Assembly: GCA_964451305.1 (NCBI GenBank) | Contig: CAYVHV010000004.1 | Span: 36,417 to 100,416, forward strand | Direction: 5' to 3' | Source: an uncultured Acidimicrobiales bacterium | GTDB taxonomy: Bacteria > Actinomycetota > Acidimicrobiia > Acidimicrobiales > SHLQ01 | DNA length: 64,000 nt | Shown: positions 20,384-29,409 of the stretch, piece after piece | Layout: each line of letters begins with the position of its first letter | Numbering within the stretch: the first letter of the stretch is position 1 | The notes under the pieces: model-generated | Databases searched by the model: none | What the model was told of the DNA's origin: nothing | Seen by the model: only the letters and a program-made list of their open reading frames with translations | Position numbers and translations under genes: made by a program

Positions 20384-20415
20384 GCAATTCGACCTAGATC
20401 TCTCCACCCAGAGTC

Positions 20416-21771
20416 TTAGGCCCAGAAGCGGTCCAGTACATCGAGCCAGAGCTTGGTCGTCAGCCGAAGAGATTCGATGTCGATCCGTTCGTTGTGGCCG
20501 TGGAAGCGATTCATGAACTCACCCAATCCAATATCGGCACTGAGCAGGCCAGCGCCGTACGACGGCACACCACGCTCGCGGAAGAAGCGTGCATCGGTTC
20601 CTCCGGTGACCATCGACGGCAAGACCAACGCTCCTGGGTACGTCATCTGGATCGCGTCCGTCAGGGCAGACCACAGCGGGCCGTCGGTCGATGACTCGGT
20701 CGCTGTTTGGTCGTGGACCGCTTCAATTTCAATCGAGCCCATCAGCTCCGGACCAATGGCATCTCGCAGATGCTGCTGGGCGTCGATGACGGTCTCACCG
20801 GGCAAGATTCGAATATCGACGGTCAGCTCGACTCGGTCGGCAATGGTGTTGTGCTTTGTGCCGCCGCTGATCACATTTGGTGAGAACGTCGTGTGACAGC
20901 ACGCGTGAAGGTTGCGGGCAAGTGCTGGTTCCATATCCGACAGTGCTTCACCGATTCGGCCGGGGTCGAGCAACTTGGACTCGGTCTCCGCGTCGAAGTT
21001 CTGTGCCTTGATGCGGCTCTCGAATAGCTTGTCGATCTGCGCGCCCGGGTCGTACGCCTCGATGCGGCGCACCGCTTCGGCAGCTTTCGAGATGGCGTTG
21101 TCGGTGCGGTAGGGCATCGAGCCATGTCCGGGTTCTCCCGAGACGATGATCCGCTGCGCGCACACGCCTTTCTCAGCAGTTGTGAGCAAGACCGTGATTC
21201 CGTCGTTGGTCACGAGGGGAGATCCGCCGTACTCGGTAAGGACATAGTCGCACTCGAGTACATCCCATCGATCTCGAACGAGTTGCTTTGCCCCGAACCC
21301 GCCACCGGCTTCTTCGTCGGCGACTCCGAAATACACGATGTCTCCGGGGTAGCGCTTGGTGCCCGATGCAATGTGGCGAAACACGACGGCCATCGAACTG
21401 GTGACGTTCAACATGTCGACTGCGCCGCGGCCCCAGATCTCGTTGCCGATTCGCTCGCCACCGAACGGGTCGACCTTCCAACCTTCGGGGGAGACGGGAA
21501 CGACGTCGGTGTGTCCCATCAGCATCAGGGTCGGAGCGTTGGGGTCTGTTCCTGGGAGTCGGGCGACGATGGAGTCACGGTCGGGCAGGATCGGAAGAAC
21601 TTCGAGGTCGACGCTCGGGCCCTCTATTACCGTCTTTAGTACGTCTGCGTTGCGGGTCTCATGGCCGGACTCTGGAGTGCCATCGTTTACGCATTCGTTC
21701 TGGATGAGGTTTTGTAGGAGCTCAACGGTCTCGTTTGTCAGCGTGTCGAGCGTGTTCTCTTCCACGGTCAT
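20416..21771 (-). CDS. M20/M25/M40 family metallo-hydrolase
   Basis: MGHTDVVP, GRGAVDM, ADEEAGG, GHGSMP, GGTDAR, HGHNERI. Confidence 0.93.
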   Translation of the reverse strand: MTVEENTLDTLTNETVELLQNLIQNECVNDGTPESGHETRNADVLKTVIEGPSVDLEVLPILPDRDSIVARLPGTDPNAPTLMLMGHTDVVPVSPEGWKVDPFGGERIGNEIWGRGAVDMLNVTSSMAVVFRHIASGTKRYPGDIVYFGVADEEAGGGFGAKQLVRDRWDVLECDYVLTEYGGSPLVTNDGITVLLTTAEKGVCAQRIIVSGEPGHGSMPYRTDNAISKAAEAVRRIEAYDPGAQIDKLFESRIKAQNFDAETESKLLDPGRIGEALSDMEPALARNLHACCHTTFSPNVISGGTKHNTIADRVELTVDIRILPGETVIDAQQHLRDAIGPELMGSIEIEAVHDQTATESSTDGPLWSALTDAIQMTYPGALVLPSMVTGGTDARFFRERGVPSYGAGLLSADIGLGEFMNRFHGHNERIDIESLRLTTKLWLDVLDRFWA

Positions 21772-21930
21772 GGTGTCTCCGTACGTTCACTGTAGGTGTC
21801 GAGGTTTGGGCGGGCCTCTCGGGTTCAAACACCCCCGATGGTCAGACCCTACAAGACCTGAACGCTTCTGAAGGTCGCCACTTCTACTCGCTCTGAGCGA
21901 GTGACACACCACTCGGAGCGAGGGGAACCG

Positions 21931-22767
21931 TTAGGAGAAGGTGAAACTCTTGGTGAATGCCGGCCAGGCAAAACTGGTCACACCGTTGGAGACGGTGCCT
22001 TCGTAGGACTCTTCGCCTTCGGTGACGAAGGCGATTACGAACCCGCCCTCCTCGACAGAGATTATTCCGGCATGCACCGCCGCTGAGCAGATCGAGGCAT
22101 CCGCGGTGTATGGATCGCTACCCCAGACCGGTCCGAGATCTCCGTTGGCTTCGCAGACGACCTCGATGGTGCTTCCAACCTCGGCTTCGGCGGGTACTTC
22201 GACGTCCCACCCCGAAGGGTCTTCGGGTTCGGTTGTCGTGGTTTCGGGCGCCGCGGTCGTTGTCGTCGTGGTGATGACGAACGCTCCGGTACCTGGAGGC
22301 GCATCTGGGAATATGAAGCTCCCCGGCCAACTTGGCCAGCTTCCGGACTCGATGTCGTTTGCTGTCCCCGCGGGGTACTGGTCCTGCCCTGGTGCAATCT
22401 CGACGATGACCTCGCCGCCGTTTTCAAATGTGAGCAGCCCAACGTGCACCGCAGCGGTGCAAACCGAGGAGTCGTCGGTGTAGGTCTCGATCCCCCAGAT
22501 GCTCGATGCGCTTCCCTCTGCAGGGCAATCGAACAGAAGCAACTCGCCGACCTGTTCGCGATAGTCGACTGTTCGTGTTGTCCAGTCGACGTCGGGGACC
22601 GTGATCGCCAGGATCGTCTCCGGAGCGGTCGTTGTCGCCGCTGTCGTTGACGTGGTCGTTGTGTCTGAGGTTGTATCGCTAGCAGTTGTCTCTTCGGAGG
22701 AACCCCCGCACGCGCCGATCAACAGAGCGATGAGGACCCCGAGGGTCCCCAACTAATACCGATTCAT
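21931..22767 (-). CDS. Tandem LCCL-domain lipoprotein with in-frame TAG at codon 5 (alternative TTG start at 22752)
   Basis: IWGIETYTDDSSVCTAAVHVG and VWGSDPYTADASICSAAVHAG; lipobox LIGAC; upstream reads ATG AAT CGG TAT TAG TTG. Confidence 0.75.
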
Positions 22768-22853
22768 TTTCCCGCCTTGCATATTGGATTTGTCTGGCAG
22801 GATAGAACGTTCGCAGACGGCGGTACTACTCGGGATACGGCGCGAACCGAGCC

Positions 22854-23534
22854 CTACAGGGCTGCAAAAACGTCGGCTGGCGTCGCGGCGATGCCGGTGT
22901 AGAAGGTACCGAACTCGGCATAGACCGACGATGCTTCGTCGAACCGCATCGTGTAGACGACCTCCTTAAGGTCGTCGGGGTTCTGACCGAACAATGTGAC
23001 TCCCCACTCCCAGTCGTCGACTCCGGCAGCGCCGGTGATGACCTGGAGGATGCGGCCCTTGAACTTTCGACCCGAGCTGCCATGTTCGTACATGAGCTCT
23101 TTGCGCTCGTCGAATGGCAATGTGAACCAGTTCGCATGACCTTCGCGCTTCTTGCTCATTGGATAGAAGCACCACGCTGGTTTGTCGCCGATCACGTCGG
23201 TGAGGTCGGGGTAGAGGCGCATGTTACGCATCTCCTCTGGAACGCCGGCCGCATATTCGCTGATCTCAGTGAGCGAAACGAACGAATCGGTGATCTCGAG
23301 GCCGGCCTTGGTGAGCGATGATTGCAATCGTCGCAGCGCCCACCAATCTGGGTGCATTGCCATGATGGCGACGTCGGCCTTGTGTCCCAACATCGAGACG
23401 GTCACGACCTGGACATCTTCGGCTTGTGCCTTTTCGATCGCGGTGATCGCCGCGTCGGAGTCGAAATCGGTGGTTGGCTTGCAGAAGAGGTGGACGACGC
23501 CACGCCCCTCGGACGGTGCAACGGGTTCGTTCAT
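22854..23534 (-). CDS. hemQ: Coproheme decarboxylase (chlorite dismutase family)
   Basis: FYPMSKKR...NWF.LP..ER..LM.EHG..GR, QVITG, DDWEWGVTLF, MRFDEAS. Confidence 0.85.
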   Translation of the reverse strand: MNEPVAPSEGRGVVHLFCKPTTDFDSDAAITAIEKAQAEDVQVVTVSMLGHKADVAIMAMHPDWWALRRLQSSLTKAGLEITDSFVSLTEISEYAAGVPEEMRNMRLYPDLTDVIGDKPAWCFYPMSKKREGHANWFTLPFDERKELMYEHGSSGRKFKGRILQVITGAAGVDDWEWGVTLFGQNPDDLKEVVYTMRFDEASSVYAEFGTFYTGIAATPADVFAAL

Positions 23535-23687
23535 GGATTCATCCTACGAATGGATCAGCGGGAGGCCACCGGGTTGTCTTGTGCCGACGAGAATGGGGGC
23601 ACGAATGTTGACGCTCCTGGGTGTTCGGGGGAAGAGACGGGGTTGGATCGGTGTTTCTTCTCATGACGATCACAAATCCGAGCAGGC

Positions 23688-23715
23688 TCAAAACCGGAGG
23701 GGATGCCACCGATAG
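23688..23715 (+). promoter_or_regulatory. Sigma28-like promoter
   Basis: TCAA-N16-ACCGATAG immediately before AGGAG RBS and ATG 23729. Confidence 0.45.
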
Positions 23716-23728
23716 GAGCTATATCTCT

Positions 23729-24337
23729 ATGGCCATATCTTCCCCACTACAAACGTCGAACCTTCTTGGGCGGTCGCCGAAGATCTCAACGAACTCGTTT
23801 CCGGTGTCGGTCTTGGGGCGCGCTGGAGATCGCCACATCACGGGCACGATCACCCGCAAAGAGTTCAATAGCACAACGTTGTTGACTGAGGCTCCCTATA
23901 GATACGTCATCGCGCTGACGCTGTTGTTTGCGCCATCGATCTACAACGGGCTGACCGAGGGAAGTAGTCCACAATCTGTTGCCGTCGTCCTGCTCGCTGT
24001 CGTTTTGTTCATCGGTGCGATTCTTGGTCTTGAGAACTTTCGAGCACAAAGACGAATCAGCGAGGTTGAAGCTTCCGCTGACGCGACCCACGTTGCTAGT
24101 GGTGTGCTCATCGGTGCGGGTCCGCTCACTGCGAAGCGTCCCCAGCACGTCGGGCTCTACGTGACGAACCATGGTGCGATCCTCGTGACCGAGCGCCGCG
24201 GCGATCGCGTCGAGCATCGAGTCGATCGAGTCGACCTCACGGCGACCCCGAAGGGGCGAGTGTTCGGTTGCGCGTTCATCATCGACGGCACCCAATACGC
24301 CTTGCGAGCGATTCGCGGCCAGATCGCCCCCACTTAA
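23729..24337 (+). CDS. Hypothetical 2-TM protein, paralog 1
   Basis: AGGAG RBS; two TM segments; colinear similarity to next gene. Confidence 0.7.
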   Translation: MAISSPLQTSNLLGRSPKISTNSFPVSVLGRAGDRHITGTITRKEFNSTTLLTEAPYRYVIALTLLFAPSIYNGLTEGSSPQSVAVVLLAVVLFIGAILGLENFRAQRRISEVEASADATHVASGVLIGAGPLTAKRPQHVGLYVTNHGAILVTERRGDRVEHRVDRVDLTATPKGRVFGCAFIIDGTQYALRAIRGQIAPT

Positions 24338-24375
24338 AATCACACGTGGGGTCAGACCCCACGTGTGATTTTAAG
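24333..24375. repeat. Perfect 43-bp palindrome with GGGGTCAGACCCC core (REP/MITE-like)
   Basis: CTTAAAATCACACGTGGGGTC-A-GACCCCACGTGTGATTTTAAG; 21-bp arms, 1-nt centre. Confidence 0.9.
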
Positions 24376-24391
24376 GTTGTGTAAACCTGGC

Positions 24392-24419
24392 TAAATGTTT
24401 CCGGCGGATGGGTCGATAC
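24392..24419 (+). promoter_or_regulatory. Sigma28-like promoter
   Basis: TAAA-N16-GTCGATAC ending 14 nt before ATG 24434. Confidence 0.5.
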
Positions 24420-24433
24420 CTCGGGTACTACCT

Positions 24434-25081
24434 ATGGAAACGTCATCACAGTCTCACGGAGTTCAATCGGACCAACGTCAGGAGTCTGGCGATGAACCTC
24501 GGATCTCTCTGACGTTGTTCGGTCGTTCTGGTACGACACGAATCAAAGGAACCTTGGAACGCCTACAGTCCTCGGGGACTCGAGGAATCTTGAGTGGTCC
24601 TGCAGCGTGGCTGGCATTGGTGCTCGTGGGATCGTTGACGCTGCTCATCCTGCAATCGATCCTCTCTGGCGACAGCGCTGCAACCTCAGCGGTCCTCATC
24701 GCCGGGTGCGCACTGGTCGCGCTTTCGATCCTCGCGCTCGATCAACTGTGGGGTGCCCGACGCACCGCTTCGATCGAAGATGAGTTCGACTGCACGCACA
24801 TCGTTCGGGGCACGCTCGTTGGTACCGGCAAGGTGCGCGAAGCTGCACGCAACGTACTCAACGCACCTCCGGTGCTCAGCCTCTATGCGAACGACGATGA
24901 TGTGCTCGTGATCGTCGAAGGTGAAGCCGGGCAACGAACGGCGTTCGTCGTCGATGCCTTGGATCTCACCGCGACATCGTCGGGCCGCTACGTCGACTGT
25001 GCGTTCTCAGTGGACGGAACTGAGTACTCGCTGCGTTCGGTGAAAGGTCGGCTTTCCACCGACCCAGGTCGATACCAGTAG
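24434..25081 (+). CDS. Hypothetical 2-TM protein, paralog 2
   Basis: Shares GR.G...I.GT..R, RR...E...D.TH...G.L.G.G and DLTAT..GR...CAF..DGT.Y.LR with the upstream gene. Confidence 0.7.
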   Translation: METSSQSHGVQSDQRQESGDEPRISLTLFGRSGTTRIKGTLERLQSSGTRGILSGPAAWLALVLVGSLTLLILQSILSGDSAATSAVLIAGCALVALSILALDQLWGARRTASIEDEFDCTHIVRGTLVGTGKVREAARNVLNAPPVLSLYANDDDVLVIVEGEAGQRTAFVVDALDLTATSSGRYVDCAFSVDGTEYSLRSVKGRLSTDPGRYQ

Positions 25082-25089
25082 GCGTCGAA

Positions 25090-25893
25090 TTAGTAGACGT
25101 TGATCTCGCCCTCGCGAATAAACCCTGCGAGCTGAATATTGCCAGTATGAGCGGTGTCGATGGCAAGTGCCGATGGGGCACTGACCGAGACGACGGTGCC
25201 AAAACCACCCGCCCAGGCTTTCTGGACCATCTCAAAGCTCGCTCGGCCGCTGACGTACAACCCGAGGTCGGTCGCCAGGAACGAGGTGGGATCTTGGCTA
25301 TCGAGGATCATGCGGCCGACGATCTTGTCGACGGCATTGTGGCGACCGATGTCTTCGCGCACGAGCTGAATCGACCCATCTCGGTCGAATGTCGCTGCGG
25401 CATGGACGGCCCCGGTCTTTGCGAAGAGCTCTTGCTCACCGCGCACCGCGTCGGCGACCTCGATGAGCAGGCTCGGGTCGAACGGTTCGGTGCGAAGCGG
25501 AACGAGTCGGTCGGTGAGCCCATCTATTGCGTCTGCGCCACAGATCCCACACGAAGATGATGTCGAACCGAGACGCGGCGTCGGTGTGGGAGCGCGCCCT
25601 CCGGTTTCGACGGTGACGACGTTGAACTCGCTCTCCAGCGCAGAGCCATCGGCGCAATAGCGAACGGTGTTGACCGGAGCATCCCCGAGCATGCCTTCTG
25701 CGTGAAGGAAACCGACGGCGAGTTCGAAGTCGTTGCCGGGCGTGCGCATGGTCGTCGCCACGAGGGTGCCATCGAGCTGGATGCTCAACGGTTCTTCGAC
25801 CATGACCTCGTCGGGTCGACGCCGTTCGCCCGACGGGCCGTGGCGTTGCACGAAGACTTTGCGGCTTCTGCCGCGTTGGGCTCGATTGCTCAC
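25090..25893 (-). CDS. fdhD: Formate dehydrogenase accessory sulfurtransferase
   Basis: EEPL, TMRTPGNDFELAVGFL, SSCGICG, TGAVHAA, EDIGRHNAVDK, SGRASFEMVQKA. Confidence 0.95.
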   Translation of the reverse strand: MSNRAQRGRSRKVFVQRHGPSGERRRPDEVMVEEPLSIQLDGTLVATTMRTPGNDFELAVGFLHAEGMLGDAPVNTVRYCADGSALESEFNVVTVETGGRAPTPTPRLGSTSSSCGICGADAIDGLTDRLVPLRTEPFDPSLLIEVADAVRGEQELFAKTGAVHAAATFDRDGSIQLVREDIGRHNAVDKIVGRMILDSQDPTSFLATDLGLYVSGRASFEMVQKAWAGGFGTVVSVSAPSALAIDTAHTGNIQLAGFIREGEINVY

Positions 25894-25897
25894 AGGA

Positions 25898-27088
25898 TCA
25901 GGGTATCGACCTGACGGGTTCGACTTCCGGTCGCGTGGGTGTTGCGCGTCCGACCGGGCTGATCACGGCGGCGGCGATGAGCGCGAGTGCGCCGCTTGCA
26001 AGCCATGCCGGCGTGTAGCCGAATTGATCGATCGACCAGCCGACCGCAGGACCGCCGACGGTCAAGCCGAGGAGGAAGCCAAACATGAGTCGACCCGTGG
26101 CCTTTCCGGCGTTCTCTTTTTGTCGGATCATCGACAGGTTGGCTGCGGTGTTCCACGTGCCGAGCGTCAGCCCAGCGAGGATCGTGCCAATCCACAGCAA
26201 GCTCGGACGTCCACCGGACGACGCGGTGACGATGAGCAGGGAGCCAGCTCCAATGACCGCCATCGTCGTCATCATCTTTCGAGCAGACGCACCCCGGTCG
26301 AGCACAACACCTGCGGTGAGGCGGGCGGGTACGGCGACAAGTCCTTGGAGTGCAAAGACCTGACCCGCTCGTTCGACGGAGAAGCCCACGGACTCTTCGG
26401 CGAACAACGGAAGGAAGCGTCCGAAGCCGCCTCCGACCGTCCCGAGAAGGAAACCAAAGACCGCAACTTGGGTAACAAAGGTCGGGAGGCGAGATCGTTT
26501 CGACGATTCGGATGTTTCGAGAGGCGACGATGGGGCCTTCTTTGGAACCAGGCCGAGGCCGAAGAAGAGCAGGCCGGAGAGGATAGCGGTCAGCCACATC
26601 GAAGATCTCCATCCGAGCGTTGACGCCATCGCTGGCACGGTGAGGCCCGCAAGGACCACGGCGGCTTGCACTCCGGATTGTTTGACACCCGTTACGACTC
26701 CTCGTCTGGCGTCGTCGACGCCAGCGGAGATGGCCTTATTCGTGGCCGGATTTCCTAAGCCTTGGGCGACGCCACCAATAGCGCTAGCAGCGACGAGGAG
26801 CGGATAGTTCTGAGACAACGCCAACGCAACTGCAGAGATGGCCGAAAAGGCAAGTGTGGTGGCAACGGCGTGCCTTCCGCCGACCTTGTCACTGAACGCT
26901 CCCGATGCAGGTGCCAAGAATGCTCCGACACCGGTATTGACGGCGCCGAGAACACCGAGCTGGAACTTCGAGATACCGAACTCGGCCTGAAGTTCAGAAG
27001 CGGCCACCGCAAGCGCGAAGAATGCGAGCGTCGACACCGCCATGGTGGACAGCATCATCAGCGACAGGCCAACGGAGCGTGTTGTCAC
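25898..27088 (-). CDS. MFS transporter
   Basis: About 12 TM helices; GAFSDKVGGR motif A; RRGVVTGVKQSG. Confidence 0.9.
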   Translation of the reverse strand: MTTRSVGLSLMMLSTMAVSTLAFFALAVAASELQAEFGISKFQLGVLGAVNTGVGAFLAPASGAFSDKVGGRHAVATTLAFSAISAVALALSQNYPLLVAASAIGGVAQGLGNPATNKAISAGVDDARRGVVTGVKQSGVQAAVVLAGLTVPAMASTLGWRSSMWLTAILSGLLFFGLGLVPKKAPSSPLETSESSKRSRLPTFVTQVAVFGFLLGTVGGGFGRFLPLFAEESVGFSVERAGQVFALQGLVAVPARLTAGVVLDRGASARKMMTTMAVIGAGSLLIVTASSGGRPSLLWIGTILAGLTLGTWNTAANLSMIRQKENAGKATGRLMFGFLLGLTVGGPAVGWSIDQFGYTPAWLASGALALIAAAVISPVGRATPTRPEVEPVRSIP

Positions 27089-27185
27089 CTCTGCACCTTA
27101 CGCAGTCACCGCTCGCTCTCCGCAGCGGTTTGGGCCAGCGCGAGGTGCACCATGTGGTCAGCAGCGGTTCGAGGCGCCCAAAGAC

Positions 27186-29171
27186 CTACCCGCGCCTCAG
27201 ATTGAGGAGCACCTCCGTGATGATGTTCTCTTCGGCTGCCTCGAAGTTGTCACGGTTGCCGATCAGCGCAACGGCGAGGGTCACGCCGGACTCTTCGCGT
27301 GTCCACAGGCGGAGGTCGCCAATGGCGGACGATCCGTCAAACACATCCCAGACTTGGCCTCCGGGGCTGGTACCACCGGCCTCGGTGAGTTCAGCTCCGA
27401 ACTGTTGGCCGAGAAGGGTGACCACCTGTTCAGGAGACGAGAGAGCCGCTTGCTGGAGAAGGACCAGTTGGTCAGAAATATTGGCGTCGAATTGAATGCT
27501 GGCCCCGAAGCCTTGATGGAACCAGCTCTCGGGGCGGACACCTGAAATTCCGAGGTCGAGATCCTGAAATGGTTCGAGCGCAATGCCGGTGAGATCGGGC
27601 GAAGTAAACGGGGGAGCGGCGCTGTCGGCGAGACACCCCGTGTCGACATCGCTCGTGGAATCGGCGAGGAAGTCGAGTGCAATAGCCATACCGCACTCGT
27701 CGGTGGTCACGGCGTGTCCTTGGTTTGGATGAACGACGTTTTGATGGTTCGACAACCCCTCCGCGATGGCGTCAGCGAAGCTCGGTGGAGTAATCGGGTC
27801 GTACTCGCCCGAGAGCAGCAACGTTGGGATGTCGCTTTCGACGAGTTCGGTGACCGACGAATCTGCCACACCGCTCCCGACGACATCGCAGGTTTCTTGG
27901 AGGCCCGACAGGCCGCTAGAGGACTGGGCAAAGGTCTCGTCGAAGAACACATCGCCGGTGAGGCCTTCTTCGAAGTCGGCTTCGGTCACAAACTCCGCAA
28001 GGTAGTCGTGGCACATCACCGCCGAGAACTGTCCGTTCGAGATGAACTCTGCGTTGGTGACCTGTAGCCCGACCAGAGTGGCAAGCGTCGTCGTGTCGCC
28101 CGCTTCCAACTCTTCGACAAGTGTTGGAAGGGCGCCGAAGATGGACGGCGAGTAGAGCGCGTTGAACACGATGCCAGAAAGCCTGCTGTCGTCGATGATC
28201 ACGTCATAGCTCTGCCCGTCGAGTTGGTTGAGCGCTTCGACTTCGACCGGATCGGCAGCGACCTGATCGATGACGGCTCGCAACCGTTCTTCGAGATCGG
28301 GGAATTCTGACGCGCATTGATCTGATTCCGCACAGCCAACATAGAACCGTTCGAGGGCGCCTTCGAACGTTTGTGGCACCACGGCGAGCGAACCGAGCGC
28401 AGGGTCCGTCGGTTGCACCGAATCCAACACCGCGGAAGCAATCCCATCGGGGTGCGTGCGGAGCAATTCTTGGCCGAGTCTCGTGCCGTACGAGATACCG
28501 AAGATGTGCCACTCGTCGATCCCGAGCGCGATGCGAATCGCTTCGGCATCGTTTGCTGAAGACACGGTGTTGTACGCCGTCAGGTCGGCGCCTTCGCCGA
28601 TGGTGCGATCAACGCACTCGCGTAACGCGCTCACCTGTTGGTCGCTTTCAGTTTCCGCATCGGGCTCTTGCTCGAGAATAGATAGGGATTCGTCGATGAC
28701 TTCCTCACAGACCAGGTCGACGTCGGAAAGTGACGAGCCGCGTTGACTGAACACGACGAGCGGATGAGCGTTGATGAGTTCGCCCCACTGTTCGGCGAGC
28801 GAAAATTCGAGGCCGGCGAAGGCATCTCCACCGGGGCCACCTTCGAGGTACACGACGGGAGTTGCATCCCCGGGGGTCTGGTCGTTGGTGAAGGTCGCGA
28901 CGTGCAGGCTCACCGTGTCGGGATCTGATGCGTCATTCCAGAGTTGAGGTACGTCGACGGTCCCGCACGCAGCGTCAAACCCGGGTTGGACCATGAACTC
29001 ACAGGTACCGTCTTCGAAGGTCGCCGTGATTGCGGATGGCGACGCGTCAGCGCTGTTCGTCGCCCCACTTGCCGGTGAGGCCGATTCGCCGGACGAGCAG
29101 GCCGTGGCAACCAATGCGAGCAATGCCAGAACTGCGGTCGGTGAGAACAGAGCTGGGTGAGGAATCTGCAC
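27186..29171 (-). CDS. Secreted alpha/beta-hydrolase (TAP-like peptidase) lipoprotein
   Basis: Lipobox ATAC, LEGGPGG, QRG, GISYGT nucleophile, DPITP, GH; GGGAG RBS before GTG 29171. Confidence 0.85.
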   Translation of the reverse strand: MQIPHPALFSPTAVLALLALVATACSSGESASPASGATNSADASPSAITATFEDGTCEFMVQPGFDAACGTVDVPQLWNDASDPDTVSLHVATFTNDQTPGDATPVVYLEGGPGGDAFAGLEFSLAEQWGELINAHPLVVFSQRGSSLSDVDLVCEEVIDESLSILEQEPDAETESDQQVSALRECVDRTIGEGADLTAYNTVSSANDAEAIRIALGIDEWHIFGISYGTRLGQELLRTHPDGIASAVLDSVQPTDPALGSLAVVPQTFEGALERFYVGCAESDQCASEFPDLEERLRAVIDQVAADPVEVEALNQLDGQSYDVIIDDSRLSGIVFNALYSPSIFGALPTLVEELEAGDTTTLATLVGLQVTNAEFISNGQFSAVMCHDYLAEFVTEADFEEGLTGDVFFDETFAQSSSGLSGLQETCDVVGSGVADSSVTELVESDIPTLLLSGEYDPITPPSFADAIAEGLSNHQNVVHPNQGHAVTTDECGMAIALDFLADSTSDVDTGCLADSAAPPFTSPDLTGIALEPFQDLDLGISGVRPESWFHQGFGASIQFDANISDQLVLLQQAALSSPEQVVTLLGQQFGAELTEAGGTSPGGQVWDVFDGSSAIGDLRLWTREESGVTLAVALIGNRDNFEAAEENIITEVLLNLRRG

Positions 29172-29315
29172 GAGTGCTCCCGTCGTAGTGAAACGCGCCG
29201 CGACCGTTCTCGCCAAAGGGAATCGATGAGCTGCACGCCGCCGGCGTGCGGCCCACGTTAGACGAAGCGTGTCGCGAAGGCGGTGTCAGTCCAACGCGAG
29301 ACAAACCCGCTGTAC

Positions 29316-29361
29316 AAAAACGATCGGTTCGGCTTCGTTTCCGAAGCCGAACCGAAACGTT
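29316..29361 (-). terminator. Rho-independent terminator of the nucleotidase gene
   Basis: 14-bp stem TCGGTTCGGCTTCG/CGAAGCCGAACCGA followed by a T-run on the minus strand. Confidence 0.75.
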
Positions 29362-29409
29362 TCGTCATCGCGAGGTACCCCCGAGGCTGAGGCCTCGGCG
29401 GCTGTGGAC

